In this document: positions 23,369 through 32,794 of the stretch, in pieces | How the letters are laid out: every line of letters begins with the position of its first letter | Position numbering within the stretch: position 1 is the stretch's first letter | DNA from: Leptolyngbyaceae cyanobacterium | GTDB taxonomy: Bacteria; Cyanobacteriota; Cyanobacteriia; Phormidesmidales; Phormidesmidaceae | Assembly: GCA_965263355.1 (NCBI GenBank) | Contig: CBDHHL010000032.1 | Span: 3,232,001 to 3,296,000, forward strand | Length of the DNA: 64,000 nt | Direction of reading: 5' to 3' | Position numbers and translations under genes: made by a program | Notes under the pieces: generated by a model | Told to the model about the DNA's origin: nothing | Database searches by the model: none | The model's input: only the letters and a program-made list of their open reading frames with translations

Positions 23369-25081
23369 TTACTGAGGGCTGGGAAGAGAATTAGTCTGCA
23401 GACAAGGTGCTGAAATCAGAATTTTCCCCTGATCTTGAACAACTTTACAGGTAGGTAAAAGTTGTTGCAGTGCGGAAGGTTGTTGCCGTAGTTGATTAAT
23501 GGCTGCTGTCCATTCTGTTCTATATTGACGTAACCAAAGTTTAGGCAAAGTGTTCAGGTTAAAAGAATTTTCATCCACTAGCCAAAAGTCAATGTCATAT
23601 TTGTCAATTACAGACTGTAATACTGATCTGTCAGGGCTATACTGCGCTTGAATGAGATCCAATGTGCGCTCTCTAATTTGGCGATAATACTCCTGATGAT
23701 AGGCAATGCTGTGGCCACGACTTAAGAGCACTGAACGCCCCGTGAAGGCAGGAATGTTTTCGGCCTCATTGGCAAGAGAGGCAATGCGAATATCCTGTGG
23801 CTGTTGGTTTATATACTCATAGAGTGCCGTTCGATTTGACTTCACATAGACAACATTGAGAAAACTGTTGAGGAATAGGGGATAGCCCACCGTGGTGATG
23901 GTGATACCTGCAATTATTGCTAGGGCAGTAATCTGTTTCCAGAGGCTATAAGGTGCTTTATAGAGCCGTCTAAGGCCACTATCCAACCATGTTATTAAGA
24001 CCATGGCAGCTGCTAAGGCAACGATAACTTTGATGCCATGGCGGCTATAGCGGCTGGGTAAATGCAACCAAAATAAAGTGGCGTGAGATGCTAAAAACAT
24101 CAGAATTCCAGCCAAGCCAATCTGGACTATAAGAACACCATTGGGGGTGATTTTTTTGAGCAGTGGTGGACGAAACCAGAGCATTAAGGGTAACAGCAAT
24201 GACAGTGCTGTGGTGGTCGGGGCGACGGGGGGGAAGAATCCACTGCGACTGGAGAATAGCCAAAATTTCCACCATTTATCTCGGAAAAATGCATTGCGGC
24301 CACCCGCTTGAAATTCGGCCATGGTTTTGGCTTGTTCCAGGCTGACAACGGGACCATAGGGGGAGGTTTCTAAGGCATAGGGTAACAGCACCAAGATTGC
24401 GATCGCGCCACCCACAATCAAGAATTTCAGATGATGTTTTTTGTCATTTTTGTTAGTTGTTGGCCATACCACTCGTAGTGCCAGGACTACAACCGATATA
24501 AACACCAGGTGTGGGTAGAAAAAACCCTGCAAGGCAATGGCAATGGCACAGCCCCAAATATTACGGCGAGCGACATAAACCAAAAAGACAATCACCAGTA
24601 ACACACTAAATCCTTTGGGGGTGCCTGATGCCACTTCATCCCACATCCAAAGGGACTGATTGAGAATAACTGTATTAACAAATGCCACCAGCGGCACGGG
24701 AATGATGGCTAAAGCCAGATAAAACGTGTAGACAGTGCCTGCTAAGCAAATGAAGGGAGGCAGGAGTTTGTTAAATAGAAATGGATTAATCCCGATTAGT
24801 GATCCGAAACGATACAAGGCTTTATAGCCTATCGGGGCCACAGACTGAAAATAGTCAGCCATGAGGTCATCTGGAAACATCATTGGATCCACATAACGCC
24901 ACATCCAAAACACATGCTGTCTAGCATCATCCTGGATCCCATAGGGACCCTCGAAGGCAATGCGCCAGAATAAGATGCCATAAAGCATGGCAATGGCCAG
25001 ACTAGCCATTAGCCAAAGGTTTTGCGTTTTGGGGGTGGAACGCAGACCGTATTGGTGAATCCAGTTGACAAGAGTCTTCAC
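23369..25081 (-). CDS. Polytopic membrane protein, possibly GT-C-like glycosyltransferase
   Basis: Many TM helices; acidic DDARQH motif after the first TM. Confidence 0.6.
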   Translation of the reverse strand: MKTLVNWIHQYGLRSTPKTQNLWLMASLAIAMLYGILFWRIAFEGPYGIQDDARQHVFWMWRYVDPMMFPDDLMADYFQSVAPIGYKALYRFGSLIGINPFLFNKLLPPFICLAGTVYTFYLALAIIPVPLVAFVNTVILNQSLWMWDEVASGTPKGFSVLLVIVFLVYVARRNIWGCAIAIALQGFFYPHLVFISVVVLALRVVWPTTNKNDKKHHLKFLIVGGAIAILVLLPYALETSPYGPVVSLEQAKTMAEFQAGGRNAFFRDKWWKFWLFSSRSGFFPPVAPTTTALSLLLPLMLWFRPPLLKKITPNGVLIVQIGLAGILMFLASHATLFWLHLPSRYSRHGIKVIVALAAAMVLITWLDSGLRRLYKAPYSLWKQITALAIIAGITITTVGYPLFLNSFLNVVYVKSNRTALYEYINQQPQDIRIASLANEAENIPAFTGRSVLLSRGHSIAYHQEYYRQIRERTLDLIQAQYSPDRSVLQSVIDKYDIDFWLVDENSFNLNTLPKLWLRQYRTEWTAAINQLRQQPSALQQLLPTCKVVQDQGKILISAPCLQTNSLPSPQ

Positions 25082-25232
25082 AGCAATCAGAAAGAAACTG
25101 GGCGATGCCTAATCCATGTCCAAGGTCAACGGTTTCTTCTATAGAAAAAATCACTTGAGAACATGGGACAAAGCCTATCTTACTAAAGGCTATGCTCTAT
25201 CTATCGCTGTCTTGAACTACGAGTACCCTGGC

Positions 25233-25700
25233 TTACGTTGCTTTTATCAGTACCAAATCGCCGTCAATAATAGCTTCGTAGGGCGCTAGCGGTTGAGTTG
25301 CAGGGCCTGTGTTTACGCTACCATCAGTGTTGAATTTTGACCCATGGCAGGGGCAGGCCAAGAGGTTATCTTTCCACTCAACGCCACAACCCTGGTGGGT
25401 ACACATGGAGTTGAGGGCGATAATGCTATCGGCATTAGCTGGATCACGAATGACAATGACGGGACCGGCAATAAAGCCTTTTTTGCCGAGATACCCATTG
25501 GCATCCAAGTCAGCGACGGTGCCCAAGGCAGCAAACCCATCAGCTCGGGGTGTTTCGTCGATTTTTTTTGGAGCGGTAGCGGACTCTGCTTCAGGGGCTT
25601 CAGACGTAGTTTCGGTAGAGTTACAGGCTGCGATCGCAATTGGCAACGATGTAGCTAACAGGCCTAACCCAAACAAGCTGCTAAACTCGCGACGTTTCAT
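25233..25700 (-). CDS. Rieske 2Fe-2S lipoprotein with Tat signal (PetC3-like)
   Basis: MKRREF Tat motif, IAAC lipobox, CTHQGC and CPCHGS Rieske boxes. Confidence 0.9.
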   Translation of the reverse strand: MKRREFSSLFGLGLLATSLPIAIAACNSTETTSEAPEAESATAPKKIDETPRADGFAALGTVADLDANGYLGKKGFIAGPVIVIRDPANADSIIALNSMCTHQGCGVEWKDNLLACPCHGSKFNTDGSVNTGPATQPLAPYEAIIDGDLVLIKAT

Positions 25701-25852
25701 ATTCTTTCCTCTCTTTAGTTACTGGAATCTAGGGGGTGGATGTGGGTTTACCCACTAGTATTGTGTCAAGTTCTAATTTTTGGATAAGGCCGTGAATAGT
25801 GATATGCGTAAACGCATGGCCTTGGGCTTTTGTGGTGATTAGTGACAGACAG

Positions 25853-27628
25853 CTAGGTGCTGGTTTCAGCGGCTGGCAATCCGCTCAACCATCCTTGATG
25901 CCGAATGACTGTGATCAGCACGAATAGCAGGTCTAGACCCACGACACCAGCGATGATTAATTCAGAACCACCGGTCCCAAATCCATAGCTGTGTAGCCCT
26001 GTACCTAGCACAAAGTTAACGCCATACCAGGCCATTAGCACCGCATTAAAAGCCACTACACTGGCAACACTGATACCAAAATTGCCAATCCAACCTACTA
26101 AGCGACCATGGAGCGGTACCAGGTAGCAGAGTAAGGCAATTAAAGCCCAGGTTTCCTTTGGATCCCAGCCCCAGAAACGACCCCAGGAGAAGTGCGCCCA
26201 AATGCCACCTAAAATAATACCAGCCGTCAATAATAGGACACCAACCTGGAGGACACGATAATTTAGCTGGGAAAGTAGCTTGATACGTGACTGGGCATTG
26301 GGGGTAAACAGGTAGCTCCCCAGAGCGACATGACCCAGACCCAACGCTAGGGCAAAGCTAGCGTAGCTCAGGGCAATGGTGGGGACATGAATACTCAACC
26401 AGAAGTTATCACGTAGGACTGGTACTAGGGGTGAAATGCTAGGATCTAACACCGCCGGTAGGCTATCGGCCAAAATCAGACAAATAACCGATAGGGGAGC
26501 CGCTGCCAATACATAGTACTTGGACCGATACAGCAGCTCAAACATCAGGGCAATAGCAGCAATGCCAAAGCCAACCCACACTACGGACTCGTACATGTTG
26601 GTCACTGGTGGGCGACCGGCAATTTGCATCCGTAGCCAGAAGCCACAGCTTTGTACAGCCACACCCGCAACAAAGGTACCTATGGCAGTCCAATATAGAT
26701 TAAAGGGCTGTACCCATAGGGCCATCAACATTAAGACAAAGGCAATACCATAGAGCTGCCATGCTTTAGCAAAGGGATGAAAGTGGTTAAAAAACACTTC
26801 GCGCTGCATGACACCGTCTGCTGGATAAACCGTGGGGCTAAGACTCGCTAAGCCATCTTTTAGAGACTGGGCCAGGGGGGCCAGCATAGGCAGATGGTCA
26901 GTGCCTGATAAAACTGTCTGTTTAATAATGGCGAAGTTGGCTAACAGTGGAGCCACTGACTCGGCATCGTACAGGCTTTGGGCCTCGGTAATGCCAACCC
27001 ATTTGCCTTTGATGTCAGTGGGATGGGGGACGATTGCGATCGCATTATCATCCACCATACTCAGCATTAGTTGTAGCCGGTCTTCAATGGTTAAAGCTTC
27101 TCGCTCATCACGGGTCAAATCTTCCTCGTCAATTTGTTTCTGGTGTGCCGCTCTAACCACCTCCCCTAAGGACTGATTTCTCATCAACGTTGCGAAGGAG
27201 AAGTGTTTTTGTTCCAAATCCAGCCCCGCCAGCTCTTTCAAGGGGCGATAGCTAACCAACACAAAGGGTTCTTCGTTCCAGTTGCGATTGTTGAGCCACA
27301 GTGACATAAAGGTTTCCATGGCGCTTTCTTCAACCCCATTGTGCTTGTAGGTGGTGGCCCCATAGATTTTGGCAACCGTTTCCTGAGCCACCGTATCCAG
27401 TGGCTTTTTCCGCCCACCCTGTTGCACAGTTATGGTCTGTAGGCTGTCTAGAGTCGATGGCTGAAACTGGCTGATGGGCATTGCAATGAGCAACAGCCCA
27501 AGGCATAAACCAATGACAAATTTAAGAAGTTTCATGGGATGTGGCTTGTACATAGTGGTATGCGAAGCGCAGGGTCTTAGATCTTTAGTTTGATATTTTG
27601 ATGCGGATGGGATGATGTCGGTCGCCAT
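25853..27628 (-). CDS. ccsA: System II cytochrome c synthase CcsA with large N-terminal soluble domain
   Basis: WWD domain WGRFWGWDPKETW, GRPPVTNMYES, WLSIHV, GLHSYG; start probably the internal MKLLK at 27535. Confidence 0.9.
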   Translation of the reverse strand: MATDIIPSASKYQTKDLRPCASHTTMYKPHPMKLLKFVIGLCLGLLLIAMPISQFQPSTLDSLQTITVQQGGRKKPLDTVAQETVAKIYGATTYKHNGVEESAMETFMSLWLNNRNWNEEPFVLVSYRPLKELAGLDLEQKHFSFATLMRNQSLGEVVRAAHQKQIDEEDLTRDEREALTIEDRLQLMLSMVDDNAIAIVPHPTDIKGKWVGITEAQSLYDAESVAPLLANFAIIKQTVLSGTDHLPMLAPLAQSLKDGLASLSPTVYPADGVMQREVFFNHFHPFAKAWQLYGIAFVLMLMALWVQPFNLYWTAIGTFVAGVAVQSCGFWLRMQIAGRPPVTNMYESVVWVGFGIAAIALMFELLYRSKYYVLAAAPLSVICLILADSLPAVLDPSISPLVPVLRDNFWLSIHVPTIALSYASFALALGLGHVALGSYLFTPNAQSRIKLLSQLNYRVLQVGVLLLTAGIILGGIWAHFSWGRFWGWDPKETWALIALLCYLVPLHGRLVGWIGNFGISVASVVAFNAVLMAWYGVNFVLGTGLHSYGFGTGGSELIIAGVVGLDLLFVLITVIRHQGWLSGLPAAETST

Positions 27629-27633
27629 TGCGA

Positions 27634-29451
27634 CTAAGCAGCGGGTTTACCGGAACGGTTCGAGAAAAAGCTAAAAATTGGAATAGGTGTAGCAGCTCCG
27701 TCCTTGCTATCTTGGACCTCAGGCGAACCTAGAACGTCACCTAAAAACTGGAGCTTTTTGGCCACGGATCTACCATAGAACATGATAGCCACACCTAAGG
27801 TAACCATCAGTGACCCTAGCCAGGTCAGCCCGGTTACCCACCAGGGCTCCCGTTTAACCTGTAGCGTAGACTGAGCTAAATCACCAGGATTCCAGGATGC
27901 TTGAGCAATTTTCCAACCCTGAAACCAGGTAGGATGATTCATCCAAACACGACGTTCAAATAGCTCACCTGTTTGTGGGTCTATGAGGGTGACCAAACTG
28001 GTCCACATAGCGACAGACTCACTACCCTCATTGCGCTCCACAATAAAGTCATTGAGTTTAAGGGCAAAGGGAAGGCGCATTAATTTGGGGCTAAAGGCCA
28101 CATACCAATCCTCTGTTGATGTGGCGACTGTAGTCGGTTCACCCCAAGGAATCCATGCAACTTGACCATCTGTCGTTGCTACCTGTAAGGCCGGTTCTCC
28201 CCCACCAGCTCCCTCGGGTAAGGGCGTTACATCTCGTTCCACCTTCGCCTGGGGCACGTAGTCTTCAAGCGTGATTTCAAAGTCTGCCCAACCTGGCGTC
28301 ACAGATTGTCCGAGGGCAATCGGTCCAGATTTAAACCCTTTAGAAGACCTGGCTGCGTAATAAAGGCCACCCTTCATGTCTACGACGATTTTAAAGAACG
28401 CATCTGGTTGGGAGTTGGCATCGATTTCATAATCGATATTAAGGGCTAACGGTGCACCTCCCGCTAGCTGGGTACGAATAGAGTCAAACCCAGGGGTGCC
28501 AAAGATAAACCAACGTTCAACAACGTCACCTGTAGAGACCTCTAACTGCACTGCTGGATTCCGCAGCTGCTGGGTGACCGTTTCTGGCTGGCCATTACCA
28601 TCCAGTCTAAAATCAGGCCAAAAACCCTGAACCGTGAGATTTATATCACCCAGAACAAGGGATTGATTTAAATTGGACCTAACATCTACAGTCTCTGTGC
28701 CATTAGGGAGGGCAAGCTGTAAGTTCCCCCAAGGCGCTTCAACATTCTGAGCAGGAGCAGTTAGCGTCTGTTGCAACTCCTGCTCAGAATGTACCGTTTG
28801 AATTTGCAATTCAGCCGGTCCGATATCCATCCGATCATAGGCGGCTGGGGCAGCTGCTAACCAACGCTCAAGTGTTTGTCCCATGCGTTGACTAGTCAGA
28901 GAAAGACGCACAGCTGGATTATCGATGGCAGCACCATCGATAAAATGAACGGTTTTAATCGCATGTTTGGTATATCCCAACAGGGATAAATCTCCCAAAT
29001 GATCAGGAACAATATGACCACTGTCCTTAATAAACAGAGAAGTTTGTTGATTCTCTTTGCCGGGGATGGCAAGTTCCAAGAGATCGCCGTCCACTCGTAA
29101 TGTACTAACAGGACCGCCATCGGTACGGGCTAGCAGCATGCCTTCCACACTCAAATGAATAACAGCGGCTGAACCTGCAATAATCACAACTAAGCCCCAG
29201 TGAGCAATGGCAAAGCCAACCTTACGAGCACCTTTCCAGGGATAGCGCAGCAGTGTGGAAAGACTGAGATTTACTGCCAATAAAAACATAAGAGCCCCAA
29301 ACCACGGGCTTTTATAAATTTCTTGTTGGACAACAGTTGCTCCCACTTCGGACTCATAAAATGTGGCACCAATCAGAATAGAACCGATTACCACCAGCAG
29401 CGGTACAGCCAGTCGAATCGAGCCAATAAATTGGATTACAGCAGACGTCAT
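27634..29451 (-). CDS. CcsB/ResB-like cytochrome c biogenesis protein
   Basis: Three N-terminal TMs (IYKSPWF, AHWG), large soluble domain, WMNHP..FQGW, C-terminal TM; 5 nt upstream of the ccsA ORF. Confidence 0.85.
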   Translation of the reverse strand: MTSAVIQFIGSIRLAVPLLVVIGSILIGATFYESEVGATVVQQEIYKSPWFGALMFLLAVNLSLSTLLRYPWKGARKVGFAIAHWGLVVIIAGSAAVIHLSVEGMLLARTDGGPVSTLRVDGDLLELAIPGKENQQTSLFIKDSGHIVPDHLGDLSLLGYTKHAIKTVHFIDGAAIDNPAVRLSLTSQRMGQTLERWLAAAPAAYDRMDIGPAELQIQTVHSEQELQQTLTAPAQNVEAPWGNLQLALPNGTETVDVRSNLNQSLVLGDINLTVQGFWPDFRLDGNGQPETVTQQLRNPAVQLEVSTGDVVERWFIFGTPGFDSIRTQLAGGAPLALNIDYEIDANSQPDAFFKIVVDMKGGLYYAARSSKGFKSGPIALGQSVTPGWADFEITLEDYVPQAKVERDVTPLPEGAGGGEPALQVATTDGQVAWIPWGEPTTVATSTEDWYVAFSPKLMRLPFALKLNDFIVERNEGSESVAMWTSLVTLIDPQTGELFERRVWMNHPTWFQGWKIAQASWNPGDLAQSTLQVKREPWWVTGLTWLGSLMVTLGVAIMFYGRSVAKKLQFLGDVLGSPEVQDSKDGAATPIPIFSFFSNRSGKPAA

Positions 29452-29551
29452 AAGCAGGCAATAAGCAAAATTCCATTGAAGATCCCATTAGGGAAACCTT
29501 ACAGACGGTCAACAATATTCAACAATCTTCACTGTGAATCCAAGACTTTTT

Positions 29552-29589
29552 TGTATCTGTAGGTACAGAAAAGTTGTATTTTTTGTTAC
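29552..29589. promoter_or_regulatory. Two tandem NtcA boxes (GTA-N8-TAC)
   Basis: TGTATCTGTAGGTACA (29552-29567) and GTATTTTTTGTTAC (29576-29589). Confidence 0.65.
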
Positions 29590-30193
29590 CAACCCCAGTA
29601 TTATTCAAAAACTGAATTGATCTATGGCAATAAATGCAAGACGATTTGGGTTTAACTAAGTTTTTAGCGACTTCACTTAGATGAGGTTAGGTATCTTTTG
29701 CTGATTGAAAGTATATATTCAGCTAGTGTTTTAGCTTCCTTTATGGATGTTTATGGATGCGTGAAATACCCTTGCCCTAATTTTCTTTATTGAAAATAAG
29801 CTTGATTCTTTTCTTGCAACTGACAAATGCGATAAAGGAATTTTATTGTTGTTTTGGTAGCTGAAGTCACAAAAAAATAGTTGAGATCGCCATACTTTGA
29901 TACTCAACATGAGTAATTCCCGATCCATCAGAGTTAGCATTTTGTCTTTGCGAAATGCTTTTATGATGGGTTTTTGAGTTAATCATGCCTCTTCTTGTTA
30001 TCTAGGTTGCCGTCACTCTTGATTTGGTGTCGGTGAGTTTGCTTTTAGAGCCGTCAACTTCATCACATATGTAGTGCGTTAGCTGGGTTGTTTGAGTCTA
30101 AAGGGATTCTTCGGCTTGTTGCGCATGATGTTTTTTGAGGTTCTTTGCAACAAAGCATGTGATGAAAACTTGTTGAATTGAGACTTACCAGGC

Positions 30194-31192
30194 ATGTCCT
30201 TAAATGTTGAGTTGTTAGAGCAAAGTTTCGAACTCGTAAAGCCCCAGGCAGATGAGCTTATGAGCAGCTTCTATAACAACCTGTTCACAGACTATCCGGC
30301 GTCTAAGCAATTGTTTGAGCACTCAGATATGTCCAAGCAGAAGCAGATGCTTAAGGGTGCTTTGGTGATGACTGTTGAAAATCTTAGGAGACCTGACGTG
30401 CTCAGTGATGCACTTAAGGGTTTGGGAGCACGTCATGTGAAGTACGGGGCTTTGCCAGAGCATTATCCAATGGTTGGTCAGAGTTTGCTTAAGGCTTTGG
30501 CGCAGCATGCAGGCGATGCCTGGACTGATGAGCTTCAAGAAGCTTGGGCAGGAGCCTATGGTGTCATTACTGAGCTGATGCTTGAGGGTGCTGATTACGC
30601 TCCGGAGGAGGTGGCCTTAGAGAGTGCGCCTGCGCCGACTGCTGAGGAAGGTGGTCTGAATATTGAGGTTTTAGAGCAGAGCTTTGCTTTAGTGGCTCCC
30701 CAAGCCGATGATTTGGTTTCAACGTTTTACAATTATCTGTTTACAGATTATCCAGAGTCTAAAGCTCTGTTTGAGCATACTGATATGTCCAAGCAGGCAC
30801 AGATGCTCAAAGGTGGTCTAGTGATGGTGGTGGAAAATTTGCGCAAGCCTGATGTTTTAAGTAAGGCTTTGAAAGGGTTGGGGGCTCGCCATGTGAATTA
30901 CGGGGCTTTGCCCGCTCACTATCCATTGGTGGGTAACAGTTTACTAAAGGCCCTTGAGAAACATGCAGGTGCCGCTTGGACCGCCGAAGTTAAGGATGCT
31001 TGGGTAGATGCCTATGGGGCAATCACAGAGCTGATGCTTGAGGGGGCTGACTATGATCAGCAGGATATTCAGTTGGATTCTGCAGCGGCAGTCCTGCCTG
31101 AGCCACCAGAAGGTATTGGGATGGGGAAAGTAGCAGGCATCATTGGGGCTGGTTCAGTTGCCTTCATTGTTTTGTTGATAGTGTTTCTTTAG
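30194..31192 (+). CDS. Tandem two-domain globin (flavohemoglobin/VHb-type) with C-terminal membrane anchor
   Basis: Two repeats, each with FY (TyrB10), LF (CD1), KQ (GlnE7), LGARH (HisF8), HYP and W..AY; C-terminal hydrophobic helix. Confidence 0.9.
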   Translation: MSLNVELLEQSFELVKPQADELMSSFYNNLFTDYPASKQLFEHSDMSKQKQMLKGALVMTVENLRRPDVLSDALKGLGARHVKYGALPEHYPMVGQSLLKALAQHAGDAWTDELQEAWAGAYGVITELMLEGADYAPEEVALESAPAPTAEEGGLNIEVLEQSFALVAPQADDLVSTFYNYLFTDYPESKALFEHTDMSKQAQMLKGGLVMVVENLRKPDVLSKALKGLGARHVNYGALPAHYPLVGNSLLKALEKHAGAAWTAEVKDAWVDAYGAITELMLEGADYDQQDIQLDSAAAVLPEPPEGIGMGKVAGIIGAGSVAFIVLLIVFL

Positions 31193-31198
31193 TATTGG

Positions 31199-31849
31199 TT
31201 GCTTAGAGAGTTGATGGCTTTAAGGCAACGACTAGGTAAATTGTTGTCGCTCAAGACAGGGATTGTCTTAGCGTTATTAATTCTGCTTGTGTGGATTTCG
31301 GCAGCGTTTGCCCTAGATCAAAAACAGATTTTTTTGCCGGGTGAAACGTCTGAAGGTCACCATGTTTTTGAGGCATCCTGTGCGTCTTGTCATGAAGGGT
31401 TTAAGCCCGTCAGCAACGAGAACTGTGCACGATGCCACGAGGCTGAACTGGCTGATGATGTGCATGGGGTGAAAAAGTTTCGTGATCCCCGTTGGGCAGA
31501 ATATCGTGAAAGAGTAGATGTTTTAACCTGTACGGCTTGCCATAATGAGCACGTTCATATGTTTGGTCGTGGAGTCAATCTACAGCCAGATTTATGTATG
31601 GCTTGTCATGAGGAATTGACGCTGACGCAGCTCAAGAGTCATGAAGGATTTGCCCCTGATGGTTGCTGGACGGCGGGCTGTCATAACTATCATGATCATC
31701 GAACTATATCTACTGGTTTTTTACGGCAAAATATGGGGCAGCCCGATATGCTGCCAGTCCAGGAACTGCCGGATAGGGTTGTGACGACATCGCTGGAAAC
31801 TGCGCCTGAGCCCGATCTCCAGCAGGAGTTTTTGGGAGGTGGCTCATGA
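31199..31849 (+). CDS. Multiheme c-type cytochrome (4 CXXCH + 1 CX4CH), N-terminal TM/signal
   Basis: CASCH, CARCH, CTACH, CMACH, CWTAGCH; start may be ATG 31214. Confidence 0.9.
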   Translation: MLRELMALRQRLGKLLSLKTGIVLALLILLVWISAAFALDQKQIFLPGETSEGHHVFEASCASCHEGFKPVSNENCARCHEAELADDVHGVKKFRDPRWAEYRERVDVLTCTACHNEHVHMFGRGVNLQPDLCMACHEELTLTQLKSHEGFAPDGCWTAGCHNYHDHRTISTGFLRQNMGQPDMLPVQELPDRVVTTSLETAPEPDLQQEFLGGGS

Positions 31850-32655
31850 TGCGTCAAGTCATAGGTTTGCTGCGTTCTGTTGCTGTGATTATCCTGGTGC
31901 TTCTGCTGGTGTGTGGTACGGTTCCAGTTGCTAGTGCTACGACAGAGCAAGATTTGAATGACATCACAGTCCTGTGGCAAAACAGTGCTCACGCGCTTAA
32001 TGATATCAACTGCGCTAGTTGTCATCAGAATAGTGAGACCAAAGAATTTGTTGCAGTTCCTAGCTATGAGACCTGTCAGTCTTGTCATGAAGAAGCTGTG
32101 GACACATTCTTGCTGAGTAAGCATGGTATTCGCCTACTGGAGGGCAAAGATGCGTTAACCCCTGCCATGGCTAGGCTGCCTATGCAGCATGATGCCATGC
32201 AAAAGCAGATGACCTGTAACGCTTGCCATGATGTGCATTCTGCCAATACAGTAGAGGCTTCGGTGGATGCCTGTCTCACTTGTCATAATGATGATCACTC
32301 TCTGAATTATCAAAATTCAAAGCATGCTGAACTGTTTGCTGAGAGCCGGGAATTACCTCGACCTGCACCAGGAGCTGTGAGTTGTTCAACCTGTCATTTG
32401 CCCCGCGTGAACTATGGAGAAGGTGATAGCACGATTGTGAAAGTCAATCACAACAATACCTATAATCTCAAGCCGCAGGATCGAATGGTGGGCGATGTAT
32501 GTATGAACTGTCACGGCATTGAGTATAGCTACAACAGTATTTTTGACCCTGAGCTGGTCGAAGCCAATTTTGACCGTCCTCCAACCCTAAAAATGGAGTC
32601 TTTTGATTTGATGAAGGCTGCTGAGGCCAGGAGAACGGGCAATGCCTCTGAATAA
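31846..32655 (+). CDS. Hexaheme c-type cytochrome with signal peptide
   Basis: CASCH, CQSCH, CNACH, CLTCH, CSTCH, CMNCH; ATGA overlap with the previous gene. Confidence 0.9.
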   Translation: MMRQVIGLLRSVAVIILVLLLVCGTVPVASATTEQDLNDITVLWQNSAHALNDINCASCHQNSETKEFVAVPSYETCQSCHEEAVDTFLLSKHGIRLLEGKDALTPAMARLPMQHDAMQKQMTCNACHDVHSANTVEASVDACLTCHNDDHSLNYQNSKHAELFAESRELPRPAPGAVSCSTCHLPRVNYGEGDSTIVKVNHNNTYNLKPQDRMVGDVCMNCHGIEYSYNSIFDPELVEANFDRPPTLKMESFDLMKAAEARRTGNASE

Positions 32656-32794
32656 CAAACTTAGATTTGTTATTTGGAACCCTCTGTGGGGGTAAGCCAC
32701 GTCTAAGTTGAAATCTGTAGGTCTTCTACAGGACAGTCAATTTCTAAGCGTGGCCAAGATCTAAAGATCCGGATGTACCAGGAGATAACTGATC

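Noticed and set aside
29617..29630. FNR-like box TTGAT-CTAT-GGCAA
   Set aside because: The second half-site matches only 3 of 5 positions in an AT-rich region
29731..29940. 69-aa ORF in the divergent control region
   Set aside because: AT-rich, no motif; likely spurious
31199..32655. Calling the cytochromes NrfA or hydroxylamine oxidoreductase
   Set aside because: No CXXCK motif, and sizes and heme counts do not fit
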